A stretch of 63,968 nt of DNA from Hyphochytrium catenoides (taxonomy: Eukaryota; Protista; Hyphochytriomycota), in NCBI GenBank assembly GCA_900088475.1, contig FLMG01000355.1, positions 186,001 through 249,968 of the forward strand, given 5' to 3'. Below are positions 37,801 to 51,163 of this stretch, in pieces; the first letter of the stretch is position 1; every line of letters starts with the position of its first letter. Under the pieces are notes generated by a model. It was not told the origin of the DNA and did not search any database. It saw nothing but the letters and a program-made list of their open reading frames with translations. Both the position numbers and the translations under genes were made by a program.

Positions 37801-39668
37801 GCTCTGTCTCACACTTCTGGTTCTTACTTCGCTGCGTCTGCTGCCCATCTCGATTACCACTCTCCAAAGGCGACACTGCTCCTAGCTCTACCTCTGGGAC
37901 CACCATTCGCGATCTTAGAGTTCTTCATGGTGCTCCTCTCCTTCAAGTTCGAAGTCTTTATAACTCTGGTAGGCGGAGAGTCCGTGTGAACGAAAAAGAG
38001 AGACCGAGACAGTAGGAGAGAGAAAGGCGATGGATGTCCCTGCACGTTGCTGGTTTGATTGCATTGCTCTTCCTCTCCACTACCAGAGACCGAATCAAAT
38101 TTACCATAAGATTGCGCCATCCACAATCTTTGTCCGTCCGCCAATTAACTGGCCGGTTCTCTCTCTTGGTCTGTCTTTCTCTCTGCCTCTCCGTCTCCAT
38201 GTTTGTATATTGTGCACTCTCCTCAATCGCGAATAACAACCTCGTTCTGACACCGCGTCTGCGTCTTGGTTTCCGTTTAGCGCATCAATGCCCGTCCCTT
38301 CAACCCGTGGTCAGGAAAAGATGCGGGAGAGTTCTTGATCAAGATGAACTGCATTCTCCTCGCTGTCCTTCTCTTCGAGACCCACTATATTATGAACGCG
38401 ACCTCTCTTCCAAAGCTGTGCCCGCTCCAGGACCAAGCTCTTTCTCTCTGCGCAGGGGCGTTGGATATGGCGACGAACACTTGCGCCACCCTAGATAGCA
38501 CGGTATGTCAGGAGCAGGGGTAAGGGGAAAGGAAAGTGTGGGCATATGAGAGGGAAGGACGGAAGAGTGAGGGAGGATGGAGGTTCTACCTCCTTTCATA
38601 GGTACTCTCTTGACTTGTGGGTCTCTTTAAGTGCTTGAAGCGCTTCTGAACACTGTCGTCTCTGACCTCTTTCTCTCTTGTTCTCTCTGTTTTATGCGAT
38701 CCCTCTCTATCTATCTCTTCTCTTGATACTCTCTTCTCCTGCACTCTCTCACTTTAGCTCGCATACCTTCTAAGATCATTATCTTCGGGCAGAAATGTGG
38801 GAAAATTCTCCCGCACACGCTCCCCTTGCAATGCCCCTGTTCTCTCTCACTCACTCTCTTTGCTCGCTGCCCCCTTTTCCTCTCTCTCTCTCTGTTTCCG
38901 TTCTCTCACCCCATCCATCTTCCTGCTCTCTCTCTCTCTCACTCTTTCTCCCCTTCTTGTCTCCCCCACTTGCCCAGAATCCTTACTATCCCTATTTCAA
39001 CCAAACTAGCTCCTGCGCCGACGGCTACCCTGCCTGCCTTTGTGCCGGCAGCAGAGCCTGTGGACCATTCGTAGACCAGCGTTCTGGTCTTAAAGGGTTT
39101 GAGTCCCTGGTGCGGACGAGCAAGCTTACAGCGATACTCTATGATGGACTTCTCAGTTTAGAACTCGCCTGGATGGTGGGCTTCTGCCTGGTGCTACTCT
39201 TTATCTTCAAGGACAACACGATCCAAGTGACCAAGGTAAAGCCTTGTACCGAGAGAAAGACACACATCAACTGCTACTAGGGAGATAAGAGAGACAAGCT
39301 GAGTGGATACCAGGTTAAAGGGACGGAGCAAGGAGAGAAAGAAGAGAGGGTAGAAGGTGCCGGACAGGGATAAACAATGAGCGATAACGCAAAGAGAAGA
39401 TAAGGGAAAACGAACAGAGGAAACAGAGACAGAGAGAGTGCATCCGAGAAGTAGGAGGAAGAGATAGGAAACGGGGTCCAAAGCGCCACGAAAGTCCGTG
39501 TCAATTCTAGAACGCTGTTCAAGCTCAACTCTGGCCTTGGTCTTGCAGGAGGTGAATGCCCAGCGCACTGACGGAATGCGAGCCGAGATCCTGCTGTTAA
39601 CGCGGAAGGTCAAGAACCAAGCGCGCAAGTTGGACTCCCAGTCGCTGATGCACAAGTCGTTGAATTAA
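31895..39668 (+). CDS. TMC: Transmembrane channel-like (TMC family) protein, many exons, long CT-rich introns
   Basis: TMC hallmarks after splicing: IQTIEARFGSSVVSYFQFYRWM, FITEFERWDSP..KLKVFRLFLAQL, KADFDVPTRMVSLLYFQ..P..P, CGPF before the last TM helix. Ends ..ARKLDSQSLMHKSLN* (TAA 39666-39668). Confidence 0.88.
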
Positions 39669-40955
39669 AAAGACAGAGTCCTGCAAGCTCCATCTTATCC
39701 CTGGGAAGAGCTGAGTTCCCAGACCACCAGCAGCAAGAGTTTGTGGTCTCTTTCTTTAGCCCATGTCAACAGCTTTCTGCTAGCCTCTCTATCCTAGCAA
39801 TGAGAGCTCAGAAGACAGTGTAGGGGAGGGAGGATACACAGAAAGCAGAGAAAAGTTGGGGAGTCTCAGGCCCTCTTCTGCTAAAGATTGAAAAAGACTT
39901 TTATTTGCTCGCAGAGTTAAGCTCCTCCCCATGCTTGGGGGACTGTTAGAGGATGATGGGCTCTAGTTGACCTGCTGATGGACGAGACGACTTCAAGATG
40001 GCATGACCATGTCTCTCTCAAGAGAAGCTGTAGTCTTCCGTCTTCCTGGCTTCATTTAGACATTCACTCATCGCTCTTTGTCTGGACAGAGCGAGCGAGA
40101 AAGAAAAGAGAGAGAGCGAGAGAGAAAGAGAGCGCGCGCGAGAGAGGACAGAGGGAGAGAGAGAGGGGGAGAGAGAGAAGAGAGGGAGTAAAGTGAGGAG
40201 AGAGAGAGAGAGAGAGAGAGAGAAAGAAGAGATGGATTCTGAGCTGTGACTCTTCATCAGACATCACGATCCGTCTGGCCAATAGCTGGTAACGGCCGAC
40301 ACTAAGGACCATCAACAATTACAGAAAAGCGGATCTATCCTACGTTTAGTCCTAATCTAGCTCTATAGAAGTCCGCTTCTGGGGCATGTCCTCCCTCACC
40401 CCAACTTCCCCCATCATATTATCGTCAGAAAGGTGAAGGGATGGGTGGGCGCTTGGAAGGTCCAACAGTGAGAATTTACTTGGACTTGTGTGTAGGCCAT
40501 CCGCGACAAAGAGACATTAACAAACAGAAATACTGGGGCAGTCCGGAGGGAGAATGGCAGAACGAAGTCAAACGCAGGTGCGTTCCCCTGATCTCCCACC
40601 CATCGTCGGGGACCATCCTATCACAGTAATCTTGATCATCCGGAATAAGGGACACAAAACTCAAGGCATTCCGGACCCCACTGTGACCTATCCTAAATAA
40701 CTGACCTGAGTTGTAAGTCAATTGTCACGCCACAAACTCGAAAACGATAAAGTGCCGATGTGAAAGCGGCGTGTTATCAGGTAGAAAGGGTACATTTATT
40801 GGGCTGTAGGCAGCCTAGACAGGCGAATTTCCAGGTTGAAGGGTTGCGGTACAACACAGTCAGCGCCTGAAACACCGCCACCAATAAACGGAAAGGCCGC
40901 AGCCAAAGCCTCACAGCTTCGATGTTAGAGAACTACCCTGTCTGTCTAGCGCAGT

Positions 40956-40958
<3 letters not shown>

Positions 40959-41005
<47 letters not shown>
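40959..41005. repeat. (CT)n microsatellite upstream of aconitase
   Basis: Perfect CT dinucleotide run. Confidence 0.9.
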
Positions 41006-41008
<3 letters not shown>

Positions 41009-41554
41009 CCCCTCTTTCTCTCGTTTACTATCTTCTCGCTTCCTACGGCTTGGCGTGCTCTGACTTCCCTTGCCCATTGGCCTCTCTTTTCTTGCTAGTC
41101 CTCTTTTCCCATCTGTTTCTTGAGGGGCTGACTCCAATCTACTTTGTGCTTTTGCCATTGCGCGGCCTCATTCTCCCAATCCCCTGGTAAGGCAGAGTGC
41201 AGCACTCACTCTCCTCTCCATCGGTACAGCCCCAAAGCGGACAGAAGACGGTAAGAGAGACCGACCACACAGCTTCGGAGCTCCGAAGCCCTTGGTCCTT
41301 ATCTTCATGTTCACAGCTATAGCGCCTTTCGCTTTATCATGTATCTCATGCTCTTTGAGAGATCAAGTCTTCGCTCGCCTCTCCTAGATCTGAGCCTCTC
41401 CTCTCTACTGAAGGAGAGAAGAAGTGCAGCGCACTGCTCTTTTCTTAGATAGAAGTCTTCATATTCATTGACTGTGTTCGCGGATTGCAGAGGGACTGAC
41501 TCTCGGGCCTCCTTTCCTCTAGATAAATAGCTGGTCTCACATATTGGAGCTAAG

Positions 41555-44500
41555 ATGTACAGCCTCCTAAGAACTGCGCCTAGGCGCCTTAGCGGTGTCG
41601 CTCAGGTCAGCCTCCACGTTGCGTGCTTTTCTGATACTTTGGTGACTTACTTATCGTCTCGTTTGATCTCTGTTACCTCCTGGGATTACAGGGCCAGATC
41701 AGAACCATGGCCTCTGGCACTCCTCTTTCTGTGCTGGACCCACCAGGCAGCCCTACTATCGAGGAGACCTACGCCAAGATGGAGAAGAACCTTCACGTAA
41801 GATAGCACCTTGCTGTGCCTAACAGAACTCCTTTCCTTTGCATTCCGTGTCTTGCTCTGTATATTCTCTTTTCAATTTCCTCTCTGCGCCTCTTGACAGC
41901 GAACAACGTTCTTTTTCTTTAGACCGTCCGCAAGGTCTTGAACAACAAGCCTCTGACTCTGGCGGAGAAGATTATCTATGGGCATCTGGATGACCCCAAC
42001 CAGAAGGCAGTTAGGGGACAGACATACCTCAAGCTCAGACCTGACCGTGTGGCCATGCAGGTGAGCTCATGATATCCCTTTCCCTTAACGTATGAGATCG
42101 CGTGATTGCTCCTCTATTTTTTTTGGCTCCCAAGAGCTTCTAGGTGTTGATAGATCCTTTCGTCTGTGGCTAGTGGGCGACTCTCCTGTTTGAGAGTGTA
42201 TCTTTCCCGTCTCTCCTTCCCTCACTGCCTGTTTGCCTGCTAACGTGGTCGCTCTGCTTTTTTACCGTGTACAGGACGCGACGGCTCAGATGGCTGTGCT
42301 CCAGTTCATCTCCTCTGGTCTTCCTAAGACCCTTGTTCCGTCCACGATCCACTGTGACCATCTTATCACGGCCGAGAAGGGCTCCGCCGCTGATCTGACC
42401 CAGGCCAACCAGATCAACAAGGAAGTTTATGACTTCCTTGCTTCTGCAGGTGCAAAGTATGGCATTGGTTTCTGGAAGCCTGGCAGCGGTATTATCCACC
42501 AGATTGTGCTGGAGAACTATGCGTTCCCAGGCGGGCTGATGATTGGCACTGACTCTCACACTCCTAACGCTGGAGGTCTGGGCATGTGCGCTATTGGTGT
42601 TGGTGGTGCTGATGCTGTCGATGTGATGGCTGGTATGGCTTGGGAGCTGAAGGCACCAAAGGTTATCGGAGTACGCCTCACTGGCGAGCTCTCTGGATGG
42701 GTCTCTCCTAAGGACGTCATCCTCAAGGTGGCAGACATTTTGACTGTCAAGGGCGGCACGGGAGCCATTGTAGAGTACCATGGACCTGGCATTGAGAGCA
42801 TCTCTTGCACTGGTATGGGCACTATTTGCAACATGGGTGCTGAGATCGGAGCCACTTGCTCTACCTTCCCTTTCACAGAGAGCATGAGCGACTATCTCAA
42901 GGCTACCAGCAGAGAAGGTATTGCAAGCAAGGCCAAGGAGTTCAGAGCCAACCTTCGTCCAGACGAAGGCGCGCAATACGATCAGCTCATTGAGATCAAC
43001 CTCAGCGAGCTTAAGCCCATGCTTAACGGACCTTTCACCCCTGACCTGGGACACAAGGCTGGTAGGGAGATCAAGAAGGCCTGTGAAGAGAAGGGCTGGC
43101 CAAAGGAGATGACCGCTGGGCTCATTGGTTCATGCACGAACTCTTCTTACGAGGACATGACCCGCTCGGCTGACCTAGTCAAGCAGGCACTCGACGCCGG
43201 GCTGAAGTTCGACATTCCTTTCTATGTAACGCCAGGATCTGAGCAGGTTCGCGCCACCATTGAGCGTGATGGCATCACCGAGACCTTCGAGGAGGCAGGA
43301 GCAACGGTTCTTGCTAACGCATGCGGCCCTTGCATTGGCCAGTGGAATCGTACGGACATCCAGCCTGGGGACAAGAACTCTATCCTTACCTCCTATAACA
43401 GAAATTTTGCCAAGAGAAATGATGGCAACCCTGGCACCCACGCCTTTGTCTCATCACCGGAGTTGGTCACGGCCTGTGCTATTGCTGGAGACATCACCTT
43501 TGACCCTGAGAACGACACCATCAAGAGAGACGGCAAGGAGTTCCGCTTCAAGCCTCCTGCGGGCAAGGAGCTGCCTCCTCAGGGCTTTGACCCAGGAGAG
43601 GACACCTTCCAGGCTCCTCCTGAGGACGGATCCAAGCTTTCCGTTAAGGTGGATGCTAAGAGCCAGAGACTGGCGCTTCTTGATCCTTTTGCCAAGTGGG
43701 ACGGCAAGGATATTGATAATGCTTATGTGCTTATCAAGGCAAAGGGTAAGTCAAAAGAAATGCTATCGAAACCAGAAGAAGCAGATGGAATAGTGGCAGA
43801 GTCCAGATCAGCTTGTGACAAAAGGGAAGAGAGCTATGGAGAGCGAGAGAGGATGGCTTCTCAGATTGTGCTGCTGAGTGTCTCCGTCGTCTTTTCCTCC
43901 TTCATTCCCGACATTTTTTGGGCTTAAACCTTCTCTCTATCATGTCTCTCTCTCTTTCGCTTTTCTCTTAGGCAAGTGCACTACCGACCACATCAGTATG
44001 GCTGGTCCATGGCTGAAGTACCGAGGTCACCTAGACAACATCTCCAACAACCTTCTTATCGGAGCTGAGAACGCTGATAATGGAAAGATCAACGCCGTCG
44101 TCAACCAGACCAACGGCCAGGAGGGCAAGGTGAATGCACTACTAACCGCAGCCCCTCTGTTCTTTTGCAACGAATTACCGCCCACGAGAACTATAATACC
44201 TTTTGGCTTCTTGCCATTGGCATTGTTCTGTCTTGTTTTGCACGTTTACCGCTGGTGATAACCCGTACTCTAGGTACATAGCGCTGTGTTCTGATTCAGC
44301 TGCTCCTTCCCTCGCCTATTAGGTCCCTGATGTCGCACGTGACTATAAGAAGAAGGGATTCTCATGGGTAGTTGTCGGTGATGAGAACTATGGTGAGGGC
44401 AGCAGCAGAGAGCACGCAGCCCTTGAACCGCGCCACCTTGGAGGCCGCGCCGTTATCGTCAAGTCCTTTGCTCGCATTCACGAGACGAACTTGAAGAAGC

Positions 44501-44862
44501 AAGGCATGCTCCCTCTCACCTTCGCCGACCCTAAGGATTACGATAGGATTAGCGGAAGCGACAAGATCTCTATTCTTGGACTGAACGACTTCGTACCTAA
44601 CAAGCCTCTCCAGGTCAAGGTAAGAAGCCACGCAAGCGCTTGTTACTATGCTGTAGGTTCTGCTGCTAGACGTTCTTTTCTCTGACTTCTCTTTTCTCTC
44701 TCTTTCTCTCTCTCTCTCTCTCTATTTCAGATCACCAAGAAGGACGGCAGCTCCTTCACCATCAAGGTGAACCACACTTTCAATGAGGAGCAGATTGAGT
44801 GGTTCAAGGCGGGTAGCGCCCTCAACCTCATGAAGCAGAAGTTCCAGTCCCAGAACAACTAA
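41555..44862 (+). CDS. ACO2: Mitochondrial aconitate hydratase, 7 coding exons
   Basis: Transit peptide [13 protein letters not shown]; [48 protein letters not shown]; Fe-S ligand motifs [12 protein letters not shown] and [10 protein letters not shown]; [44 protein letters not shown]. Confidence 0.98.
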
Positions 44863-45546
44863 GGCGAAGCATTAGAAAAGGAGGAGAGAGGCAGAGAAAA
44901 GCCGCGTCAGGAAGGCTGTAGCGGCATTTTAGGGTAGGGACGGGGGTGGAAGAGCTTAGGGGGAGAAGTAGAGTAGCAAGTAGGCTATGAAACTCTGTAC
45001 GTAAAGAGCAAAGGATGTGTCGCATCATCCTCGTATACCAATGACAAAGCTGCCCTTTACCTTTCCTCCTATCTCTCAGGATCCAACAAAGTCACTGGAG
45101 TAGGGGTGTGCCTCAAGCAAGAGATTGGGCAGAAGAGAGAATGTCGGCAGTAAACAATGACGGCTGTGTTAAGAGTATTATCGCCACAAGAAGAGAGAGA
45201 GGGAGAAGACATTATTGTAGAGGTACAGGACGAAGAGGAGGCACTGAAAGGAAAGAAGCAGAGAGAGAGAGAGAAAAGTCCAAACTGGATAGGTGTACCG
45301 GAAGGGGTAGCGATAGGAAGTAGAGAGACCCAATGACACGGCAAAAGGAGCGTCAGAGCTTTTTACTTGAAGAGGAAGATAGGAGACAAGGAACTCGATG
45401 GGTCTGATCCCTTTCTTAGACTATATACATTCAATAATAATAATGTTATCCCCGTTGGCAGCCTCGATCCCTGTGGTCTCTCACTCTCACTCTCTCTCCC
45501 TCCCCTCTCTCTCTCTCTCTCTGTTCTTGTTTTTGTCCTCCCTTTC

Positions 45547-48500
45547 TCACTTATCCAGAAACATAAAGTCATCGTCAAAGACGTAAGGCATCTGCTCTTG
45601 CTGCTGCTCGCCTTGTGTCTTCACTTCTTCTGCTCCTCCCCCTCCTCCTGCATTGATCTGCATCATCATCGGACTTGGGGCTCTCCCTGCTCCTGTGGCT
45701 GAGGATGACCCTGCCATCAGCTCGTGGATGAGGCTAAGATTTGACGTATGAAGAGGTGCATTTTCCTCTCCAGGCTTCGCCCTACTCTCAATTCTTCTCG
45801 TTCTCAGGAGAGAGGAGGAGCTCGGATCGGCGGCCACGCGATGTAGCGCAGCTGCGATCGGACTATAACCTACGGATGTAAGGGGAAGACCTAGATTTGC
45901 TGCTCTCAGTCTCTCATGGCCCGGGCCTCCCGCTATGGAGGAGATACCCATAAGGGTGTGCGAGGCAGAGGGGCCGGTCAAGGAACCTGAAGGAGGTCTA
46001 GACGAGGAAGAGAGAGGTGCAGCAGGGGATGATGAAGCAGATGCCTCTCTTTCTCTCACTTGCTCGTGAGGATCTCCTCCATGACGTTTGCACAACCTAA
46101 CAGAGGATGAGCCGTTAGCTGGGGTCCACTTTGTTCTGCTCTGGTCAAGCAAACCCTTATGACAGAAGAGCTCTTCTGTCCCGCCTTCTCTTCGGTCTTT
46201 CTCCGCCACTCCCTCTCTCAGCACCTCCTCTACTCTTCTGTGTGTCAGTCTGTGTGTCTGTCTCTCTCTCTCGCTCTGCTAAAAAGGCCCACACTAGCAT
46301 TACTACGTCTCTGCTCTGTCTTGCGTTCGTCTGTTGTCTAACCCTCTATCAGCTTTTCTGCCTCCCGCCTTGTCTTACCCCTTATGTGNNNNNNNNNNNN
46401 NNNNNNNNNNNNNNNNNNNNNNNNNNNNNNNNNNNNNNNAGACAGAGGCCACGGCTCTGAGCAGGTTTTTGACAATCAGGCATGCGACATCTCTTTCCTC
46501 CGCCTGCAGGGAATCAGTCGCCACAGAAGACGAGACAATGATGAGGATCGGAAGGGCAAATTTTTGACATAGGCGACCGACAGTGAGAGAACCAGGTTTC
46601 GACTTGGAAAGGTCATCAGCAGGCAGATTCCTCTTCCTCTACCACAGACGACAATGAGAAACTCTAAATAACAGAGAAGGAGCAACGGCATACCGTGTCT
46701 AGCGCAGAGGGCATGTCCATCTATGAGCCCTCCCTGTGCTGACTTGCCGCAATTCTCTACTTCGCAACGCATTCCGCCGCCGTGCTTGATGCAAGCACCG
46801 CCACCAGCAGCGCTGAACGTTCCAGCATTGAAAGAGACGAAAGGACGCGGGGTGTGAGACCTAAGTCAGTGTGATCGCATTACAGAGGCAATACGATAAC
46901 AAAAAGAATGTGTTTAAAGGGAAGGAAGCGATGGGCAACTATGGCCTACGTGATGTGAGGAATGTGGGATTTAGAGCGGAGAGCCCCGAGACAGAAGAAA
47001 GCCTCAGAGCCTACCTATTTGACAGTCTTCAAAGTTGCACCGCCGTCCCCCGCCGTGCCTGATGCATTTGCCCCCGCTACGACAGACAGTGAGAAAGCGT
47101 TAGTGAGGTCTAGTTAGAAACGTTTGACGAGAGAAGAGGAGACCGATAGGTTGATGAAGAAGATGACAACCCTGTGAGAGCCCAAGCATGGGATTATGAG
47201 GCGTTATGTAGGTAAGAAAGGACAAGGCAAGGTACCTCTGTGCACCATTAGAGCAGCCGGGAATCTTGCAACGCTTCCCACCGCCTACAGCATGAGGGCA
47301 GAAGCAAAAGCCATGGTCGGTGATGCTGGGCACCCCGAGACGTGAGAGATGAAGGGAGACTTACCGTGCCGCACGCAAAGGCCTCTGCTAACAGAACTAG
47401 TATCACAATCTGGGAAACTGCATCTTCTCCTGCCTCCATGCTTTACACACTTCCCTCGGGCCACTGCTCTTGTTGTGCACCCTGAGGTAGTAGCAAAGGC
47501 CATTTAGTCATAGAAAGCCCAATACGAGATAAAAGAGATCCGATTTATGAAGAGCGTCACGGAATTTCAAGACTGATGACCTACCTTCGACATCACAGCG
47601 CCTGCCGCCGCCGTGTTTTGCACATAAACCTCCGCTTTTTGCGCTTCTATCACAGCTCTCAACGGAGCAGCGACGTCCTCCGCCATGCTTCACACAGAAG
47701 CCGCCGGTCTGAGCTGTGTTTTCGCAATTGGTGGACCTACACCGTTTCCCTCCTCCTGCAATAGACAGTGAGTGCCCAGTAAAGGAGCGAATAGAGATCC
47801 ACGCGGCAGAAAGCCGGTTAACTTTAGGAGGGATATTTAACGATTGACGAGCCTACTAATGAGGAGGAAGAGGAAACATGAAGGGTAAGAAGAAGTCGAG
47901 AATATATCTAGCTAGAAACCCATCAGAAGCAGGAGAGTGTCCAGAACCCAACATCATCATTCCTAAGTTCAGCCTACAGAGTTACGGGCGCACATAAGAG
48001 AAAACTCGGGAGGGAAAGTCATTGAAGGGGTCCAAGATAGTATCGAACCATGCTTGACACACAGGCCGCCTGTCTGAGCTCCTCTCTCACATCCAGCGAT
48101 CTCACAGCGCCGACCGCCACCATGCTTCACACAGAGTCCCTTGGTCTGAGCTCCACTTTGACAACCTTCATATGAGCAGCGTCGCCCTCCGCCTAATAAC
48201 AACGAGGACGACAAGGTGAGTCCAAAAGTACCACCAAATCATGGCCACACATCTCCGATATGTCGTGGGCAAAGGACGGCGACGGAAAGCGATACCACGA
48301 GCTCAACATAGGTCTTACCATGCGCGACACAGAGCCCCTTGCTAACGGCTGTGGTCACGCAGCCCGCCACTTGACACTTCTTTCGCCCACCATGAGACGA
48401 GCATAACCCTCTATTGGTTGTGGCAAACCTGAGGTAAACGAAAGAGGATCAGGCTGAGTAGACCAGACGATAGAATAGAGAACCCACAGCTCGAATTGAG

Positions 48501-49918
48501 AGAAGCGAGCTCTCCCTATGTGCCTCTCTGCTGTGTCTCCCATAGTAAAAGGAAGCGGTAACGGACCCCAAGAGCGCTATATCCCCGCTACACCTTTGTG
48601 GAGAATGGTTGCTCCATTGTAAAGGATAAAGGTTAGTTTACTCACTTGGTACAGCCCTCAACGGTGCATCGCATTGTGTTTTCCGCAATAAATGGATCGT
48701 CGTCCACTAAGTTAGATGATAACCCCATCGGCCTGCCTAGAGTCGAAGGTCTCGGTATGCCTCCTGCAGCACTAATCTGAGGCACTGGTCCCCCACTTGA
48801 AGCTAGTGGCTGAATAGGGAGGAGAGAAAGTCATAAGCGTTTGCTTTAGCCTTGACAACTAGTAATGGAGTAGGCGAGGGAAGAAGATCAATGTCCTTGA
48901 TGACCTGGGACGTCACAATGAACTTTTCAGAAAGTATGTTCGGATACAACTCAAGCAGCTATTGAAGAAAATGAAGGTACTTGAGGTAAGTATGGCTGTG
49001 GAGAGCAGGTCCAGAGGCTGATGGAGACGCATTACCCACCGAAAAAGGAGTGCCCTGACTAACAGTTGGGAGCTCTTCTCCTGTACCGACAGCTTCTGCT
49101 GCCATTGCGAGAATAAATCCTGAGCCCTGGCCATACGGAGACGGAAGGCCCATCGTTGGTCTGAGGGAGACATTCATCGCATTTTGTAGGAGCTCTGCAG
49201 GCGGGATGAGACCACCTGCTGCACTTGCCGCTCCTCTCTCATAGAGAGGAATCTTGGTCCAGTCATGATGTTCGTAGGGGCTTCGATAGCTACCAGTCGC
49301 GGAAAAGCCACTGGAGAGAGCTTGAAGAGCGGCAATGTTGCCAAAAGAGTGACGAGCCAGCACTTCGTTCATCGAAGAAGAGAAAGAAGGAGGAAGCGAT
49401 GATGAGAGTTTTCCTTCTGGCCCTCCTGGGGCCATCGACGAAGCTGCCAAAGGGCTGAGCCGTGGATTGACTCTTCTGGATGTACTTTGAACTTCAGTCC
49501 CTGGCGTTTGCTTTCTAGAGGCTGACCCAGCATGAAGCTGGGCTATTCCTCTGGGACTGATAGCAGGTAAACGAAGTGAAAACTTAGAATGGCAGCGAGT
49601 CATCCGTAGGTGTTAAGAGATATTGGAAACCAAGAAAGTAAGTACAAGAGTGCAGGTTGCTGAGAAAGGCAAATGGATGATGTAGACAGCGAGGGCCCAG
49701 AGCAAAACTCATTACCCTGGTGGTCTTTGTCCTTGTGCCGCCTGATGTTGCAGAAGGCTATCGCTATCCGCTTGTCTGGGGTCGTGCAAAGGCGAGCAGG
49801 AGGTTGAGGAAGAGGGAGAGCAGCTAGGAGTAGACGAGAGAGAGAATCGTTGTCTTTGCTCCTGATGGACTGGTGCTGTGTTCTTTAGAGAAGAGGAGCG
49901 TTGGGGGTTCTGCTCCAT
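45547..49918 (-). CDS. Tandem C-x4-C-x9-C-x2-H-GGG zinc-finger protein (WRKY19-like finger family), ~13 fingers, one partly in gap 46389-46439
   Basis: Exons encode repeats such as RRCSYEGCQSGAQTKGLCVKHGGG, RRCSVESCDRSAKSGGLCAKHGGG and KRCRMPDCQKPAQSRGLC, with S/P-rich disordered termini. One junction (46813-47014) is out of phase as assembled. The start may lie further upstream because the ATG directly follows an acceptor-like TTTTTAG. Confidence 0.85.
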
Positions 49919-51119
49919 CTAAAAAGTGATCAAAAGGTCCTAGAGTTCAAGAGTGGGAGAGATCGGCAATGGATATATGAAGAGCGAGAAAGAGCGAGAA
50001 AGAGAGAGAGAGGAGGGCGGGGGAAGGGAAGTGTGAGAGCGAGAAAGAGAGAGAGAGAGTAAAGTTGACCAATAATAAGGTAGTGTAGGTCAGCTAATGA
50101 AAGAGGAGGGAGACAGCGTCTGATACAACCTTATGATGAATAAATAATGTTGCTACGGCTGGGACCGAGGCGAAGAGTCTGCGCCGTCATGACAGACTTC
50201 CCGTTCTATCAGTGGTCTCTCCTTGGGGCCTCTTCTATTGCCTGCTCGACAGGGATTTTCATCCACGTGAGGCTTAATGAGGTTTAGCGCAGCGAACACA
50301 GAGAAGGGGAGAGGTAGACGTAAAGAGAAAAAGGGATCCCAAGCGCCGACAAAGAAGGCTCTGGCGCTGCAATGGGAATGAAGGATGGAAGAAAGGGATA
50401 GAGAAGCAACTTGAGATCGCAGAAGGCAGAGACGTCACCCTATCACTGAGAGAACGCAATCAGAAGCATCAGCACCTGAAAGCGTCGGTGTCAGTCCGTG
50501 GGCTTGCAGCCCTTCAGCTTCGCCAACCCTCGCCCTTCCGGGTCCTTGCTTCCAAGAGTCTCGTCGGGCCGCTACGCTGCCGCATTGTCCTCAGGCCTGG
50601 TATACACAAGAGAGAGAGAGGCATTTAATGCAAAGACAGAACGACGACTAACTGAGAGCAGGAGAGGTGATGTCGGGCACCGGCGGCATGCGCAAGAGGC
50701 TCAGTTGCCCCGGGAAGCTATGTCTCTTACCCCTTCGTAGAGCGACGTTCGCTGGCGTGGGAGGGGTTCTCGGGCAAGGCCGGAGAAAGAGCACGAGTGC
50801 GCCCTAACTCTCTTCAAGTTAGCCGCGTACCACCGGTGCAGTCTTAGAACAGGCCCGCACTCCACCGAGATAGAACCGTAGGAGGAGGAACAGCAAGCAG
50901 CAAGGCAGCGCGAGCGGCGAGCGGAGGAGGGGAGAGACAAAGAAAAAGAGAGAGAGAGAGAGACAGTTGAGGATGGAAGATGGTGATGCCAATGCGAATC
51001 AGCTCTCACGGCAAGGGTGCGTACATTTCAGAGCGAAGGGAGCCAGCGCTCAGCGCGTGGAGAGCAGGGTTCAAAAAAGATTATAGCGAGCGGACGGCGC
51101 AGGCTGTTTGTTATCTTGG

Positions 51120-51127
51120 GCGAGAGG

Positions 51128-51163
<36 letters not shown>

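Noticed and set aside
170-39668. Functional ciliary or mechanosensing cluster (LC4, Dzip-like, TMC)
   Set aside because: The genes are many kb apart and interleaved with unrelated housekeeping genes; there is no evidence of co-regulation.
41400-41555. Iron-responsive element in the aconitase 5' UTR
   Set aside because: No CAGUG(N) loop hairpin found.
42170-43054. 294-aa antisense ORF over aconitase, and a 223-aa ORF at 20921-21592 over INO1
   Set aside because: Antisense shadows produced by biased codon usage in highly conserved genes.
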